Origin: Marsupella aquatica
Lineage: Eukaryota; Plantae; Marchantiophyta
DNA: 64,000 nt
Direction: 5' to 3'
Assembly: GCA_973895155.1 (NCBI GenBank)
Contig: OZ316893.1
Span: 11,599,660-11,663,659, forward strand
Part shown: one piece after another, positions 37,535 to 49,340 of the stretch
Numbering within the stretch: the stretch's first letter is position 1
How the letters are laid out: each line of letters starts with the position of its first letter
The notes under the pieces: generated by a model
The model's database searches: none
Seen by the model: the letters and a program-made list of their open reading frames with translations, nothing else
What the model was told of the DNA's origin: nothing
Program-made: the position numbers and the translations under genes

Positions 37535-39978
37535 GTACTTTCCATATCATTTTCCATTATACTTTCAAGATTGCTTTCTTTCACTAATCCTTGTTTTTCT
37601 AGGTTTTCATTCAAGTAAACCTCTTCTAGCATCTTTTAAAAAAGAAAAAGAAAATTGGGGTTTTCCGAAATGTAGAGGTCTTGTCATTGGTACATCCTGA
37701 TTTAGTATTGTTGTGTGCTCGGGGGGGTCACTATATGGAGGGTCATACATCGCGTGCGACGTTTTAGGGTTTGACCCCCCTAACTTTAAAGTGAAAAATA
37801 TTTTTTTGCAAAGCCCTTTCTTTCTTAAAATTTTGTCATTTTTTATTAAAAAACCCCTAAAAACTTTATAGAAAGTATTTTTTGCAATTAAATAGGCCTA
37901 TGTGTTCTTTAAAGTCGACCAATCAATAAAACATGCCCTATGTGTTCTTCCACCAAACTTTGGAAGTCTTCCGCCACACCCATTTAAATGGGCCTATACT
38001 TCGTCGCACGTGATGTGTCACTTCCGTGGAAGTGACCCCCCCGAGATCTTGTGGTGCATTGTTATCCGTTTCAAACGGTGATGAGTCCATTCCTAACGAG
38101 GCATCACCTTCAGACGAAGAGGAAGATGATTTAGACTTGGACACTAGTGTATTTGACCACATGGAGTCTGGAGAGGAGGATGCAGACCACATTTGAGATT
38201 CCAACATAGACGTGGAAAATGGTTCTATGATGTCCAACTCCCAGGTAACTTTGTTTAGGGTTTCTAATCCTTTTGCTGTGTGTTACATTTGTTCCATAAA
38301 TTGACAAGTCATGCAAATGATGAACTTTACTTTACATAAACAAAATGCATTCATTTTATGTAAACCTTAGTACCTTCAACTAGGAAACAATAATGCAACC
38401 TAAACTCTTCACAGATGTCAAATGAGGATGGCGGGGAGGATGGAGCCATTCCTTTGTTGGAAGTGGCTGATCCAACTACATTTGGATTAGACAATATGGT
38501 TTTCATGGATTCTGGATTTGAAGAGAATCACACTCAGGTATTGTATTTTTTCACAATGTTGCCCTTCACTTTCATATATTGGCATCAATTCATAGTTTTA
38601 ATTATATCTTTTCTATTTACTGCATCTTTACATAGTTTACTAATTATTGTGTGCTTTTCTAGGCATCTACTTCTTCGGAGCAAGTACAAGTTGACTCTCG
38701 TTTGGATTTTGAGTACGAGCCATCGTCTCAAGAAAATACAAATGAGTCAGACCCTGAGAGTGTAGTGGAGTCTGCTTTTTGGCAAAAAAGCAAAGTCCAC
38801 GAATTTTTCTAGGAATTTTGTGTGGATTGTCGTGTTGAAGGTTGCGATGGTAAGTATTTGGTTGAGGACATTGTGACCCATCATCAGTTGTGGATATTGA
38901 AGTTGAAGTGCCCAACAGGGCATACACAATCTTTCATGACTGGAGAGAATGAACTTCATAGAGGTATGTAAACTGCTGACATTTACACTATTTTTTAACT
39001 TTTGCAAATATTGGATTGATTTAATATTGTGTGTTATCTTTTAATATTTTTTTATAAGATCTTGTTTTCTCTTGATGATTTACAGGCGTACCCGCAATCA
39101 CTGGACTAATTTACCATTCCGCTCTCTCTGCTGGTCTAACACACAACATCATATGTGAACTATTCTCTCACATTCAAATCCATGTTCCAAGAAACACCCA
39201 TTGGTTTCGATTTCAAAATGGAGCCCAAAGAGACATTGGATGGATTGCAGCAGTACTGCAAGTCTGGAATGATAAGAAACAAAGGTTGCAACGAAGCCTA
39301 GCCGAAAGAGATGGTATGTCAATCTTCTTTGTAGTGAAGCATTTGCTAGTTAGCAAGATTGATTCATGAATTTATCAATTTACTACATACTAGGTTGTTA
39401 GAGCATGCAGATACATGTTAGTTTCTAACTATTATTTTGTGGATTTATGATAATTGTAGGTTCCACTCCAATGATTTTATATGTGGATTGTCATTGGAAC
39501 TCATCACGTTCTGGATATCATGGCACTGTTCCTGTGATAGACGTGGTAACTAGTAAGGTAGTGGAGCTTGTAACCATTGACCGAGTTGAGGCTGGGAATT
39601 CAGGCGCTATTGAAGCAATTAGTGTTCGTCGTGCTCTACAACATCTTCAGGATGTTGGAGTTACAATTAGTGAGGTTGTTCACAATGATAACAACACAGT
39701 TGATGCTATTCTTCGTGAGCTCAATGTTGATAACCAAAAGGATCTATGGCACAAATGTAAGAATCTTTTGAAGCAGTTTAACAAAGAGCTAGCAAATGTG
39801 AAAGAAACAGCACCTGCTGGTGGGATTGATGCTGCAATATCCTTGCAAGAATTGGGCAGATTCACTGTTCAAGTGTTGTCAAGTTGGTGCAAGAACCAAA
39901 ATTTGAGGCATACAGGCAATAAGATAGAGTTGGTGCACCGCATAGGAAGACATAGAGGGCTTCCAGAGGAGGACATCA

Positions 39979-42900
39979 TGTGGTGCGTCCCATGGCTCCC
40001 TAAACCCAAGAAACCCCCCAGCTCAAGCCGATTCCCGCAGATTTCGCGCTTGGCGAGGCCGTTTCCGCGGCTTAGCGGCATGGGACGCTGCTAACCTCCT
40101 CCTACTATTACTATTAGCCTTTTACCCACATATACTGGACAGATCCTTCATCGGGTCATCAGATACGTAGCCGGCCTAATCTAGGCCTTCCCTCGTCTTC
40201 CCCTCCGTCTTGTTAGGTATGTTTGGATTCCGCCGCCGGAATGATCCCCAATAGGCTTGGTTAAGCCGCTAAGACCTCTCTCAGCTCGACACATCCAACT
40301 CTCACTCCCCTGCTTACTTTCCTTCCTTCTAGTTGATGTGGGCACTCTTCACACAAGTTAATGCGACACACAAATAGCAAAATGACTCATTCTGACTGAG
40401 TCATACCATGCACTTGCCATACAAACAGTAGATCTCATACACAAGCTCTGCGAACTAAGCCTTGAGGCCAACTCTATTTAGCTCTTAGGCATGAGGAAAC
40501 ATGAATATACACAAGGGTCACTGTATGACTAACCAAGAGCTTCTCTTACTACTTGATCCCAGCCTGGCTGGTGCAAACTAAAAACTTGCTAAAGAAGAGG
40601 CCCTGAGCTCCCCGCTGCCCAGGTACTTATCCTGGTAGTGGATCCGCCTAATTCTTTGCAACGTAAGCCTAATCTACCTAACAGTAATCTACTTGCCCGG
40701 ATCTACCTATGTACAGCAAGGCACGAGCACAAGTGTTGCTCCTACCAGTGGAACCGCAATCCCACTAAGCTATGTGTCAGGGCCGCTCCTGGTCCTGATC
40801 CTAATCCTAAACTTGGAGATCAGCGCCCGCCCTGCCCACTCACGCCTCCTCCCTCCACGTCCGCCCTTCCTAAAAGGAACGGTGCCCTTGCACTGTCACG
40901 ACACCGGTGGTGGATCCTCAATGGACGCCCCCAATGCTTCCTCCTCAACCACTGCCGTAGGTTCGTTTTCTGACAGATTACCTGCCCTTGACTGAGTCAA
41001 CTCTCCATCGGCCTGACTGGGTCCACCATCGGCGTCGGCATCGGCTCGGGAATCATTCTCGGCTACGGCCTCAGCCTCGGCTACGGTTTCCCCGGCTTGC
41101 TCAAGAGGCGGATCTGGGATACCGGCCTCATGATTGAGTAGTTCGGCTTGGGCCGCACCTTCCCCACCCTTGGTGATAGCGGGATCTATTGCCGTGTTCA
41201 TGCCGGAGGTTGGTGCTGGGTCTACCTCCTTGGTCACCACGGCCAGTGGAGTCGTATTACTCCTTGACCCTGAAGGTTTCCGCTTCTTCTTCTTTTTTGG
41301 TTCGGCAGCTGGTCCCTTCCCCTTCCCACTTACTTCCGGCACTCGTGCAGGTGGCGCGGCTTTTTCTTCGGCCAGTATCACTCTTGGTAACTTGGTTGCC
41401 CCAATTGGAGTTGGGCCTGATGAAGACAAGCACTTAAATACTGCGGCTTGTTTCTTCAGCCACTCTGTTTGGTTGTCGGCCCGCCGCTGGAGGTTCTCCA
41501 TCTTCCTCGTGATTTCCTCCAACTCCTCCTGGGTCTCATCCAGGTCCTTGCGCGCCTCCTCTAGTTCCTTTTGGGCTTCCTCCCGTTCTTTCTTCAAGGT
41601 AGCCCTCTCCTCCCGGGTTGCTCTTAGCTCCTTGTCGAGCTCTGCAATGATGACAGACTCCATCTGATTCATCTTGGCGTAAGTCTGATCGAGCATCTCG
41701 TCCTTCTCCCTTAGGTCGGCCTTGAAGCTGGCCGTCAGGGACGCAAGCTCCTGCTGCAGCGCCATAATCCCTTAATAGGATTTTCCTAACTCGGCCTCCT
41801 TCTGCTCAAGGGCTCCGCGGATTTTCTCGAGCTCCCCCTTCAACGCCCATTCCTTTCTTTGGGTCTCCGCCATGGCCCGGCTGTTGGCTGTTATGTGGGC
41901 CTCCTCTGCATTCCTCAGCTCTCGCTTCCACTTCTCCCTCTCTTTGATCGTATCGGCCAACTCTCCCTACGTCTGAGTCAGTTTATCCTTGATATTCTGA
42001 TTATCAGCCTGCGCGGTGTCCAACTGCCCCTGCATGATGTTCAGCTCATGCCGTTTAATCCGCAGTTCATCTTGGGCTTTCTTGGCCGCCCTTAGATCTT
42101 CAATCTCGGCTTCCATCCTCCTAAGCCGCCGAATGACCTCGTCCTTCTTGCTTCTCTCTAAAGCCACCGCTTCTTCTAATTGGTGCTTCTCCAACTGCTC
42201 CCTATGGAAAAAGGGTCCTACCTCCAACTCCTCTCCAAAGATGTCGAGTGCAAGTTCCCCACACATCTCACCATACTCCATGGCCCAATTCTTAGCGTAG
42301 GTGGAGTAAGTAGAAGTGATCGGCATCGCCCATCGCGGCCTCTGCTCCCAAGCCGTCTTGCGGATCTCTTCAATCGTGGCTAGAGGTTTGCTTCCTTTTT
42401 TGGCTAGCCGCCTGATGTCCTCCGGCCAATCTCCTCCTGGCAAATCCTTTTCTCTAGCCAGGGCTGCCTCCTCTTCCTACCTCATTCGCTCCTGAAATTC
42501 CTGCGCCGTCTGTTTTATGCCGTCAAAGCTCGGGGGAGCAACATCTGGTGGGGGAGACTCAGGGCTACTCTGCTGGTTGGGGTCCCCTCGTACTACCCTT
42601 GGAAGTGTGGGGACAAACCGGCCACAGGTCCTTACTCCTGGAACGTGATGGTCCGACCCATAGCCGGAGTTATCATGGCTGCAGTCCTCCACTGCCTCCT
42701 CTACTTCTTGGACTTTCGGCTTCTCCCTCTCCTCTTCGTCCGTAGGAGCTTCAGGCAATTCAGCCTCCGATTCAGAGCTTGAGACTCCCACATACATTCG
42801 AACACCTGGCTTGGATTCCGGCCTGATTCTCTCCTTGTCTCTAGCAAAGGGGTTTTCTCTTGTGAGCCGGTGTAGGCCTACCTATGGAGTAGTGTCCTGC

Positions 42901-44553
42901 ATTGTTGCCGTTGCCGTTGTCGTTGCCGATGCCGATCTCTTTTCTTTCTCCAGTAGTTTCAGCAGACTCTGCATGCCTGGTTGCTGCATCGGCAAGTCCT
43001 CCTTCCTTGGCCTAAACACCTGCTCGATCGTAGGGCTAACAGGTGGTTGAGGCTTCTTTGCTACCGGCCTCGGTGCTGGAGCTTCCTCGGGTGCCCTTAC
43101 CTACAGGGGAAGTACTGGGGCAAAAGTCTGACCTCTGGCATACCGGCACAACAACAGCATGTGATAGCCAAGCCGCGACACGCTCCCCATGCCGATTACC
43201 TGTTGCTCCTCCTTTAAGATTTTCTTCAATTGGTTGAGGAGGTACCCGTTGTAGTCCCGGCTTGGGTCTGGCCTCTCTGCCAGATAGACCTGTGCCTTGC
43301 CGATCTCTGCCCTCGGCAAGTTACAATGCATGGTCACCCACAAGAAGTCGATCATCTCTCCTATGTGCGGGTTGGTGCAGGTGTTCCGAAAGAAGCCATT
43401 CTTTGTTGATGGCCCGGGGAACGACCGGAACTCCTTGTCAGGCAAGGTCTTCCTGGTATCAACTTTGGTCTTATTGCCTATCGGCAAGCCAAACACTTCG
43501 GCAATCACTTTGGGAGTAAGATAGAAATCCTTCCCATATATCCTCGTGCAATTGGTCTCAGGTTCCCATGACCCCACGAATTCTAATAGGTCTGACTCTG
43601 GTACCTCCGGCTTCAGCCATGGTAATCTTACAAAGGCCTCTAAGCCGGATCCGGCCATGAAGCCTTGGTACTTCTTGGTCTGCATGGTCGTAAAGCATGC
43701 ATCCTCCTCCCGTGCAAAATGTAGTTGCACCTCCACCGGTAGGGTTGCCGCCCAGCCCTTCCAGGTGTCATCCCTGGTTGGAATGGCCTTGATGGGATCA
43801 ACCTCCTCCTCTTCAGCTTCTCCCTGCCTCCTGCTCTGCTGCTCGGCTGGCTTCTTTGGTGCCGCCGACCTCGTTCTTTTTGCCGGGGTGGCTTCATCGT
43901 TGACGGCTCCCTTCCTCTTCATCTCTGCTGCCGTGGAGGTTTCTCCTAGCACCGTTGCCTGGGTCTACCTTTCCGTGCTACCCTTCAATTCCCAGTGTAT
44001 GTCGTTGCAGTTCTTGATGGCCTCTCGGATGCCGACGACGCTGTCTTTGCAAAACAGAAGATCGTCGAGTTGATTGGAAGTAGGAGTCCACAAGAACTCG
44101 TCCTTGATGAGTTCGCCTCCTAAGAAAGCCGTCTTCTGCAGCTCCCACAATCGAGCGAGCTCCTGCCGTTCTTGAGTTGCCCTTTCTGATTCCTCGTCCT
44201 CGTAAGTCTTGATGTACTCAGTTGCCCGTTCGAACAGGCATCCCTAGAAATGTGCTGCTTGATTGACGTTGCTCATACCCTCCTTAGGTCGATCGTCGGT
44301 ATCTACTCTCTCCCCGAGTGCTTGCCTAAGCAGCTGTCAGTAGTTGGCCTCCCGTAGTCGTCTGCCTAGTTCGTGCTCATAAACGAGCCACCATCTCCTG
44401 CAAGCGCTCCTTACCCCTGGCCTCGGCCTGGGTTCCATAGTCGCCCCTAATTGTTTATATTTTCCTTGTTTTGTCCCTATACTAAGGTGTTTCTAGGGTG
44501 CATTCCTGCTTTACCCACTTCACTGGCCGAGTGATTCCTGGCTAGGCATCACA
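39979..44553 (+). mobile_element. 4575 bp solo-LTR-like insertion carrying one long minus-strand ORF
   Basis: TGTGGTGC...GCATCACA ends (7/8 inverted), perfect 5 bp TSD CATCA (39974-39978, 44554-44558). Removing it restores the transposase frame (EEDI-TLRTRRQLKYPEL). No terminal direct repeats seen. Confidence 0.85.
40896..44438 (-). pseudogene. ~1180-codon retroelement accessory protein (plant-transposon-protein-like domain + long coiled coil)
   Basis: Six listed ORFs (starts 44150, 43952, 42797, 42443, 41960, 41765) share one frame with ATG 44438 and are separated only by stops. Motif LLEFVGSW...IYGKDFYLTPKVIAEVFGLP; heptad-rich C-half; basic NLS-like PKKKKKRK. Confidence 0.7.
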
Positions 44554-46238
44554 CATCACATTGCGCACCAGGAGGCAGTTAAAGTATCCAGAACTGACAG
44601 AGAAACAACTTGGTGATAAGTTGAAGAGTTGGTTCTACTATTGTTGCTGCAATGCAAAAGAAAGGTATGATGGCAACTACGGTATTTAATTGCATTGAAA
44701 TTAGCTTGAGCAATGAATTTGTTCATCATTTTAACTAAGCTAACTCTTGAATTATATTGTAATGACTACTTACTAGCAGAGGAAATGATGATGCTACCAT
44801 GTTGGCTAGGGAGATCATCACAGCAGCTGATCATTGGGCTGGCAACCATATATGAACCTTGCAAAAGCTTTCTTCCTCGCAAGTGTTGTGAGGAAGGTGC
44901 AACTTATATGCCATACTATGCGGCAGGTACAGTGTATTGATTATTAAATTTGGTTATGTACTTATGAGATAAATAAGGTGTTTGGATTGTTACCTAATCT
45001 GTTGGGATTTCTAATATTTGCAAGTATATGGAATCTTGTGGATTTTTCAGGGGGTGCTACTCATAGAGCTTTGAAGCAATGGTTGCAGAAGAACGTCACT
45101 GCAGTCAATGTTTGCTTCTATACTAGAGCCCGAGCAAAATTTTTCAGTGAAACATTTAATGGAAACATCAACAAATATGCTATGAAGAGGATTCATTTTT
45201 CCATGACTCATGAGGCCCGCATGGCATGTGTTGCAATGTGCTGGAATGAAAACATTGGTCGAGAGGTGGTACGAGTTTGAACACGGCAGCCTAGTAATAC
45301 ATGTACCCATCAGCGTACATCAAGGGTTCGTGACCTTGTTCCTAGAATCATCAGGTGGAAGAAAGTCGTGGGCTGTACCATATTTGGAAGAGGTGTAGAC
45401 TATGATATGTGATACTTGGTTAGTACATTTATTTTGGCAGGAAACTTCCACCCTTGTCGTGCATTTGACATTTAGAACATATGTAAGTTGTAGGTTTTAC
45501 TATATTCATTTGTCATGTTTTCAGTCCCATATATCACCTTGCCATTTACTTTTGTTTTTGTAATGGAATATATATTTGTAGGATGTGAAAGTTATATTAG
45601 GCGCGCTTAGCACCCTCAATGACAGTTGTGAGTATGTCGTTGTATATCAACTTTGGGAATACATGAACTTTGCAAATATTTTTCATAATTTCACAATACT
45701 CCAAAGGGGAATTGAACCCCTTGTGCTGCCATCCAGTAGGAGTTCCAACCCAAAGGAGGGGGAAGGAGGCACAAGCCAAACAAACACAAAAAAACAAGTA
45801 GCACAAATAACCCAGACAATGAAAATACTAGGAAAAAACAAATATAGATACATTAAAATAAAAAAACTTTCAAAAACCAAATAACCAGGATGGTGTTTGC
45901 TTCGCATTTCCCAAGGAATTTGCAATGCAATTGGGAGAAAGAAGGAGGCACATGCCAAACAAAGAAAATGAAATAATATAGTAGAACAAAGAAACCCTGG
46001 AACAATAAGTAAACATAGATGAAAACATAGTTACATAGCTAAGAGCACTAGAGGCATACACCAACATCATGTTTGCTTAGAAACTCCCAAGTTATTTATA
46101 CTTGCGGTTGGGAAAGGAAAGGAGGCACATGTGAAACAAACATGACAAAACCGGTGAAAACAAAGAACCCATGAAAAAATAACTCAAGTGATGACACAAC
46201 AATGATGAAAAAAAAGAAAAAAAACACAACTTAGAAAC

Positions 46239-46641
46239 CTAGAATCGGAAACCCACATGTTGTTCGCCTGGTAGTTCCCACGTGGACTGCACTGCAGCTA
46301 TGACTGCTGCTAGGAAGGGTGTTCCATCCCCAAAGCTAGCAACATATGCTAGCTTGCGATACACAACATACCCTTGTCTACGAGGAACTGTTTCAGTGTA
46401 TGCCCATGCGGCACACATATGAAAAGCTTCAGCTGTCGCAGGGGAAAGAACCTGGGCAAAGTTGAGGTCCCGAAGGTTGTCGTCTATCGCCGTGCAAAAA
46501 GTTGGGAACCTAGCAACTATGTCAACATGTCTCAACAATCAAAAATTTTGACGTCCCGGTGGAGGAATAGGCCATGATAAGTGATATATGTGATCTCCAT
46601 AGGAGATCAGCTCCGCCGGTCTGTTTTGATGCTCAACGCTC
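46239..46641 (-). pseudogene. KolX-like protein (second Kolobok gene), terminal exon
   Basis: C-terminus RQGYVVYRKLAY...FGDGTPFLAAVIAAVQSTWELPGEQHVGFRF* parallels the KolX/P2X7-tail pattern R..AYR....G...P.CV...IR..FP...Y.GF. Acceptor TTTTGTAG at 46642. Convergent with the transposase. Confidence 0.55.
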
Positions 46642-46869
46642 CTACAAAACATAGGAAATTGAACAAATGTAGTTAGCATCCCTACAAAACTAAGCCAACA
46701 ATTGTTGTTTGATGGAGGTTATATTTTACACCAAATTGAGGAAGAACAAACAAGTATTATGCGCGCATGAAGGAAAGTCAATTGTAAAAAAATTCACATA
46801 TTTTGCTAAGGTAAGCAAACTAAGTATATGCATGCAAACTTGCCACATAGAAGTGCACACATGGCCAAA

Positions 46870-47116
46870 AAGAAAATGAAGGGTAAGTACCAAGTATCAC
46901 TCATGCATAATTGAAGGTATTCGGTCAACAAGAAAATGAAGGGTAAGTACCAAGCAAGTTTCACTCATGCATAATTGAAGGTATTCGGTAAATTAAAAAG
47001 AAAATGAAGGGTAAGTACCAAGTTTCACTCTTGCATAATTGAAGGTATTCGGTCAACAAGAAAATGAAGGGTAAGTACCAAGTTTCACTCATGCATAATT
47101 GAAGGTATTCGGTCAA
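46870..47116. repeat. ~60 bp tandem repeat x4
   Basis: AGAAAATGAAGGGTAAGTACCAAGTTTCACTCATGCATAATTGAAGGTATTCGGT units. Confidence 0.9.
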
Positions 47117-47172
47117 GAGAGAGTTCAAATTGTAGACTCTGCATGATTGAATGTACCTGGAATTATTCATGC

Positions 47173-47430
47173 CGATTGCAAGGGTGATCGAGAAACCAGT
47201 CAATAACTCCAGGGCGATTGAGAAACCAGTCAATAACTCCTAGGGTAAGTCTATTCTGATGTTCCAAGAACAACTGAACTGCACTCGGTCGATGGAAGAA
47301 CGATTGCAAGGGTGATCGAGAAACCAGTCAATAACTCCAGGGCGATCAAGAAACCAGTCGATAACTCCTAGGGTAAGTCTATTATGATGTTCCAAGAACA
47401 ACTGAACTGCACTCGGCCGATGGAAGAACG
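47173..47430. repeat. 128 bp tandem duplication, each unit with an internal 29 bp duplication
   Basis: CGATTGCAAGGGTGATCGAGAAACCAGTCAATAACTCC...GATGGAAGAA occurs twice. Confidence 0.9.
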
Positions 47431-47791
47431 AAACCAACTGCAAGAACAAATTTCCTCTGCAAAATGTTTTGCGGAGCTAAACTGCAATGTTATGCCGAGC
47501 TAAACTACAGAATGGCCGATCGAAGAACAACGAACTGCAAAACGGTTGATCAAAGGAACATAGAAAGTTTTCTAGTTACTCGGCCTTGAGCTCATTCAAA
47601 CCAAGGAACAGAGAAAAGGAGCTCATGTAGTTGAAGCATGCCCTTCTTATGGGAGTCGTAAACCCAAAAAGTGAGAAGCAGCACAAGCACATAGTTTGGT
47701 CGTAAACCGAAAAAGCAATCAAACCAATTATAGAAGTATGTGAGCTGTGAACGAGCACAATAGGCATGGGCAATAGGCATGGGGAAGGACT

Positions 47792-49340
47792 GTGAGTGTC
47801 TGTGGCCACAGTAGCGCTGATTTCATTGAGCTTCATTGGCCTAATGTAAGCACGTTTCCTGTGGCGGTGGCAATTGTGTTGGGGGCTGCTCTTCTCCTTT
47901 TCTTATGGGTGGTCCTGAATTGGGCACTGCGGCAAAGCATTTACTTGAACTCAAAGGCTAAAATTCCCAGAGGGTCCAATGGGTGGCCCCTGATCGGAGA
48001 AATGCTGGCTTTTGCGAATGCCAATCCTATAGAGTTTGCCACGCCTCGCCTGAAGAAGTAAGACCATCGTTGCACATTAACTCTTTACTTCTTCATTCCG
48101 ATAGGCCAATGAATTCACTGAAGGGATTGTGAAGTAGCTCATTCATTTTTTGCACTATTTCAAGTCAATAGGTCGGCAAATATTTCTCCAGAAATTTGGG
48201 TTGTGGCTGCCGAACAATACCCATCCCTTCGCCAGGGGGTGTTACTCCTTTTCTCCCACCCTATGATAGTGGGTCTAAAGAGAGTGCACCTTCCAGCTCT
48301 AACACAAAAATCCGATACTCTCAAATAGAAGCAAAGAGAGATTGGAGATCCAATCCCCCAATGGCCTGTTGCCGTAAGAGCCTAATCCGATACTCTCATT
48401 TAGAAGCAAAGAGAGATTGGAGATCCAATCCCCCAATGGCCTGTTGCCGTAAGAGCCTTCACTTTAGAAGTCATCAGTTTAACATAGTCATTTGAATGTC
48501 AGTTGGGCTAAGGTGTGATAAATTCTGAAAGTTTTTGCAATTAAATGGATTGCAGGTATGCAGCTGTCTTTAGATCCCATATAGCTAGAGTACCCTCGAT
48601 TGTAGTCACATCTCCGGATATGCCAAAGTTTGTGTATCCTGAAAAGAGTCTGTTCCGAGCAAGCTATCCGCGAAACATTGCAACTCTTATCGGCAAAAAA
48701 TCTCTTTCCAATTGCGACCCTGCGTGGCACCCCTTTTTGAAGAGAATCGTACACAGTGTTGTTCTTCCACAAACTCTAAAGCGTGAAGTGGGGCATTGTG
48801 CTAGACACTCTGAAGTCTTGGAATGGAAGAATAGTTCAGATAGCAGTAGAGAGGAAGGAGGTGAGTGCAATCCTGAATTTTCCACACTTAGAATCACGAG
48901 CGCAAACTTGAGATCACTGCATTGCTTTTGTTGGCAAGTGAAAGCTGGAATGGGACTGACCATCAAGAGACATAATGTCTGCCTTGAATGCTTGTCGTAA
49001 CAGCTACAAAAGCGACGAACATTTCTATTGGCTTTGTCCTACATGTCAGAACTACTAAAGGGAGAAAAAGATGTTTCGTTTTGTAGTGTGACGTTCTCGT
49101 CAATGCTTATCGAGCACTTTTGAAGGCCTTTTACGCCATCCCTATCAATCTCCCGGGCTTCACTTGGTGTAAAGCGCACTTGGTATAAAGCTTTGCAGGT
49201 ATCACGTCTGTCCAGGAAACGAGCTTGAGAAGCTGAATACCTCCCTGCTCTGCTGCAATTGACTCTGCAATGGTTTACACATGCAGCATGGGAGGAGGAA
49301 AAGCATTTGGACACTGGTGCATCATGGGCGAGAGGACTTG
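47792..49340 (+). pseudogene. Cytochrome P450 (CYP85-clan-like) 5' fragment, pseudogene
   Basis: TM anchor + IPRGSNGWPLIGEML; exon 2 YAAVFRSHI..VPSIVVTSPD...YPRNIATLIGK; exon 3 AIPINLPGFTW. Frameshifts present; no I-helix or heme motif found downstream. Confidence 0.8.
48310..48458. repeat. 75 bp tandem duplication in the P450 intron
   Basis: ATCCGATACTCTCA..TAGAAGCAAAGAGAGATTGGAGATCCAATCCCCCAATGGCCTGTTGCCGTAAGAGCCT occurs twice. Confidence 0.85.

Larger units (their letters stand above)
37933..45412 (+). pseudogene. Kolobok-type DDE transposase, 7 exons, interrupted by a 4.6 kb insertion
   Basis: Exons 37933-38244, 38415-38537, 38663-38963, 39086-39313, 39460-44664 (minus insert), 44780-44926, 45051-45412. 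Motifs CRVEGC...CPTGH; PAITGLIYHSALSAG; LYVDCHWNSSRSGYHGT; GNSGAIEA; VVHNDN; KDLWHKCK; HWAGNH..C; SETFNGNINKYAMKRIHFS...ARMACVAMCWNEN. A few stops and one 4 nt frameshift. Confidence 0.75.
37721..47560 (+). mobile_element. Kolobok-type DNA transposon relic (termini not resolved)
   Basis: Spliced DDE transposase (+) and a convergent KolX-like gene (-), followed by tandem repeats. No matching TIR/TTAA pair found, so the limits are approximate. Confidence 0.65.

Noticed and set aside
37786-37920. TTAA-AG sites as the Kolobok left terminus
   Set aside because: No complementary right TIR with TTAA found downstream of the KolX-like gene.
46870-47116. CRISPR-like repeat array
   Set aside because: Units are contiguous with no unique spacers, there are no cas genes, and the context is eukaryotic.
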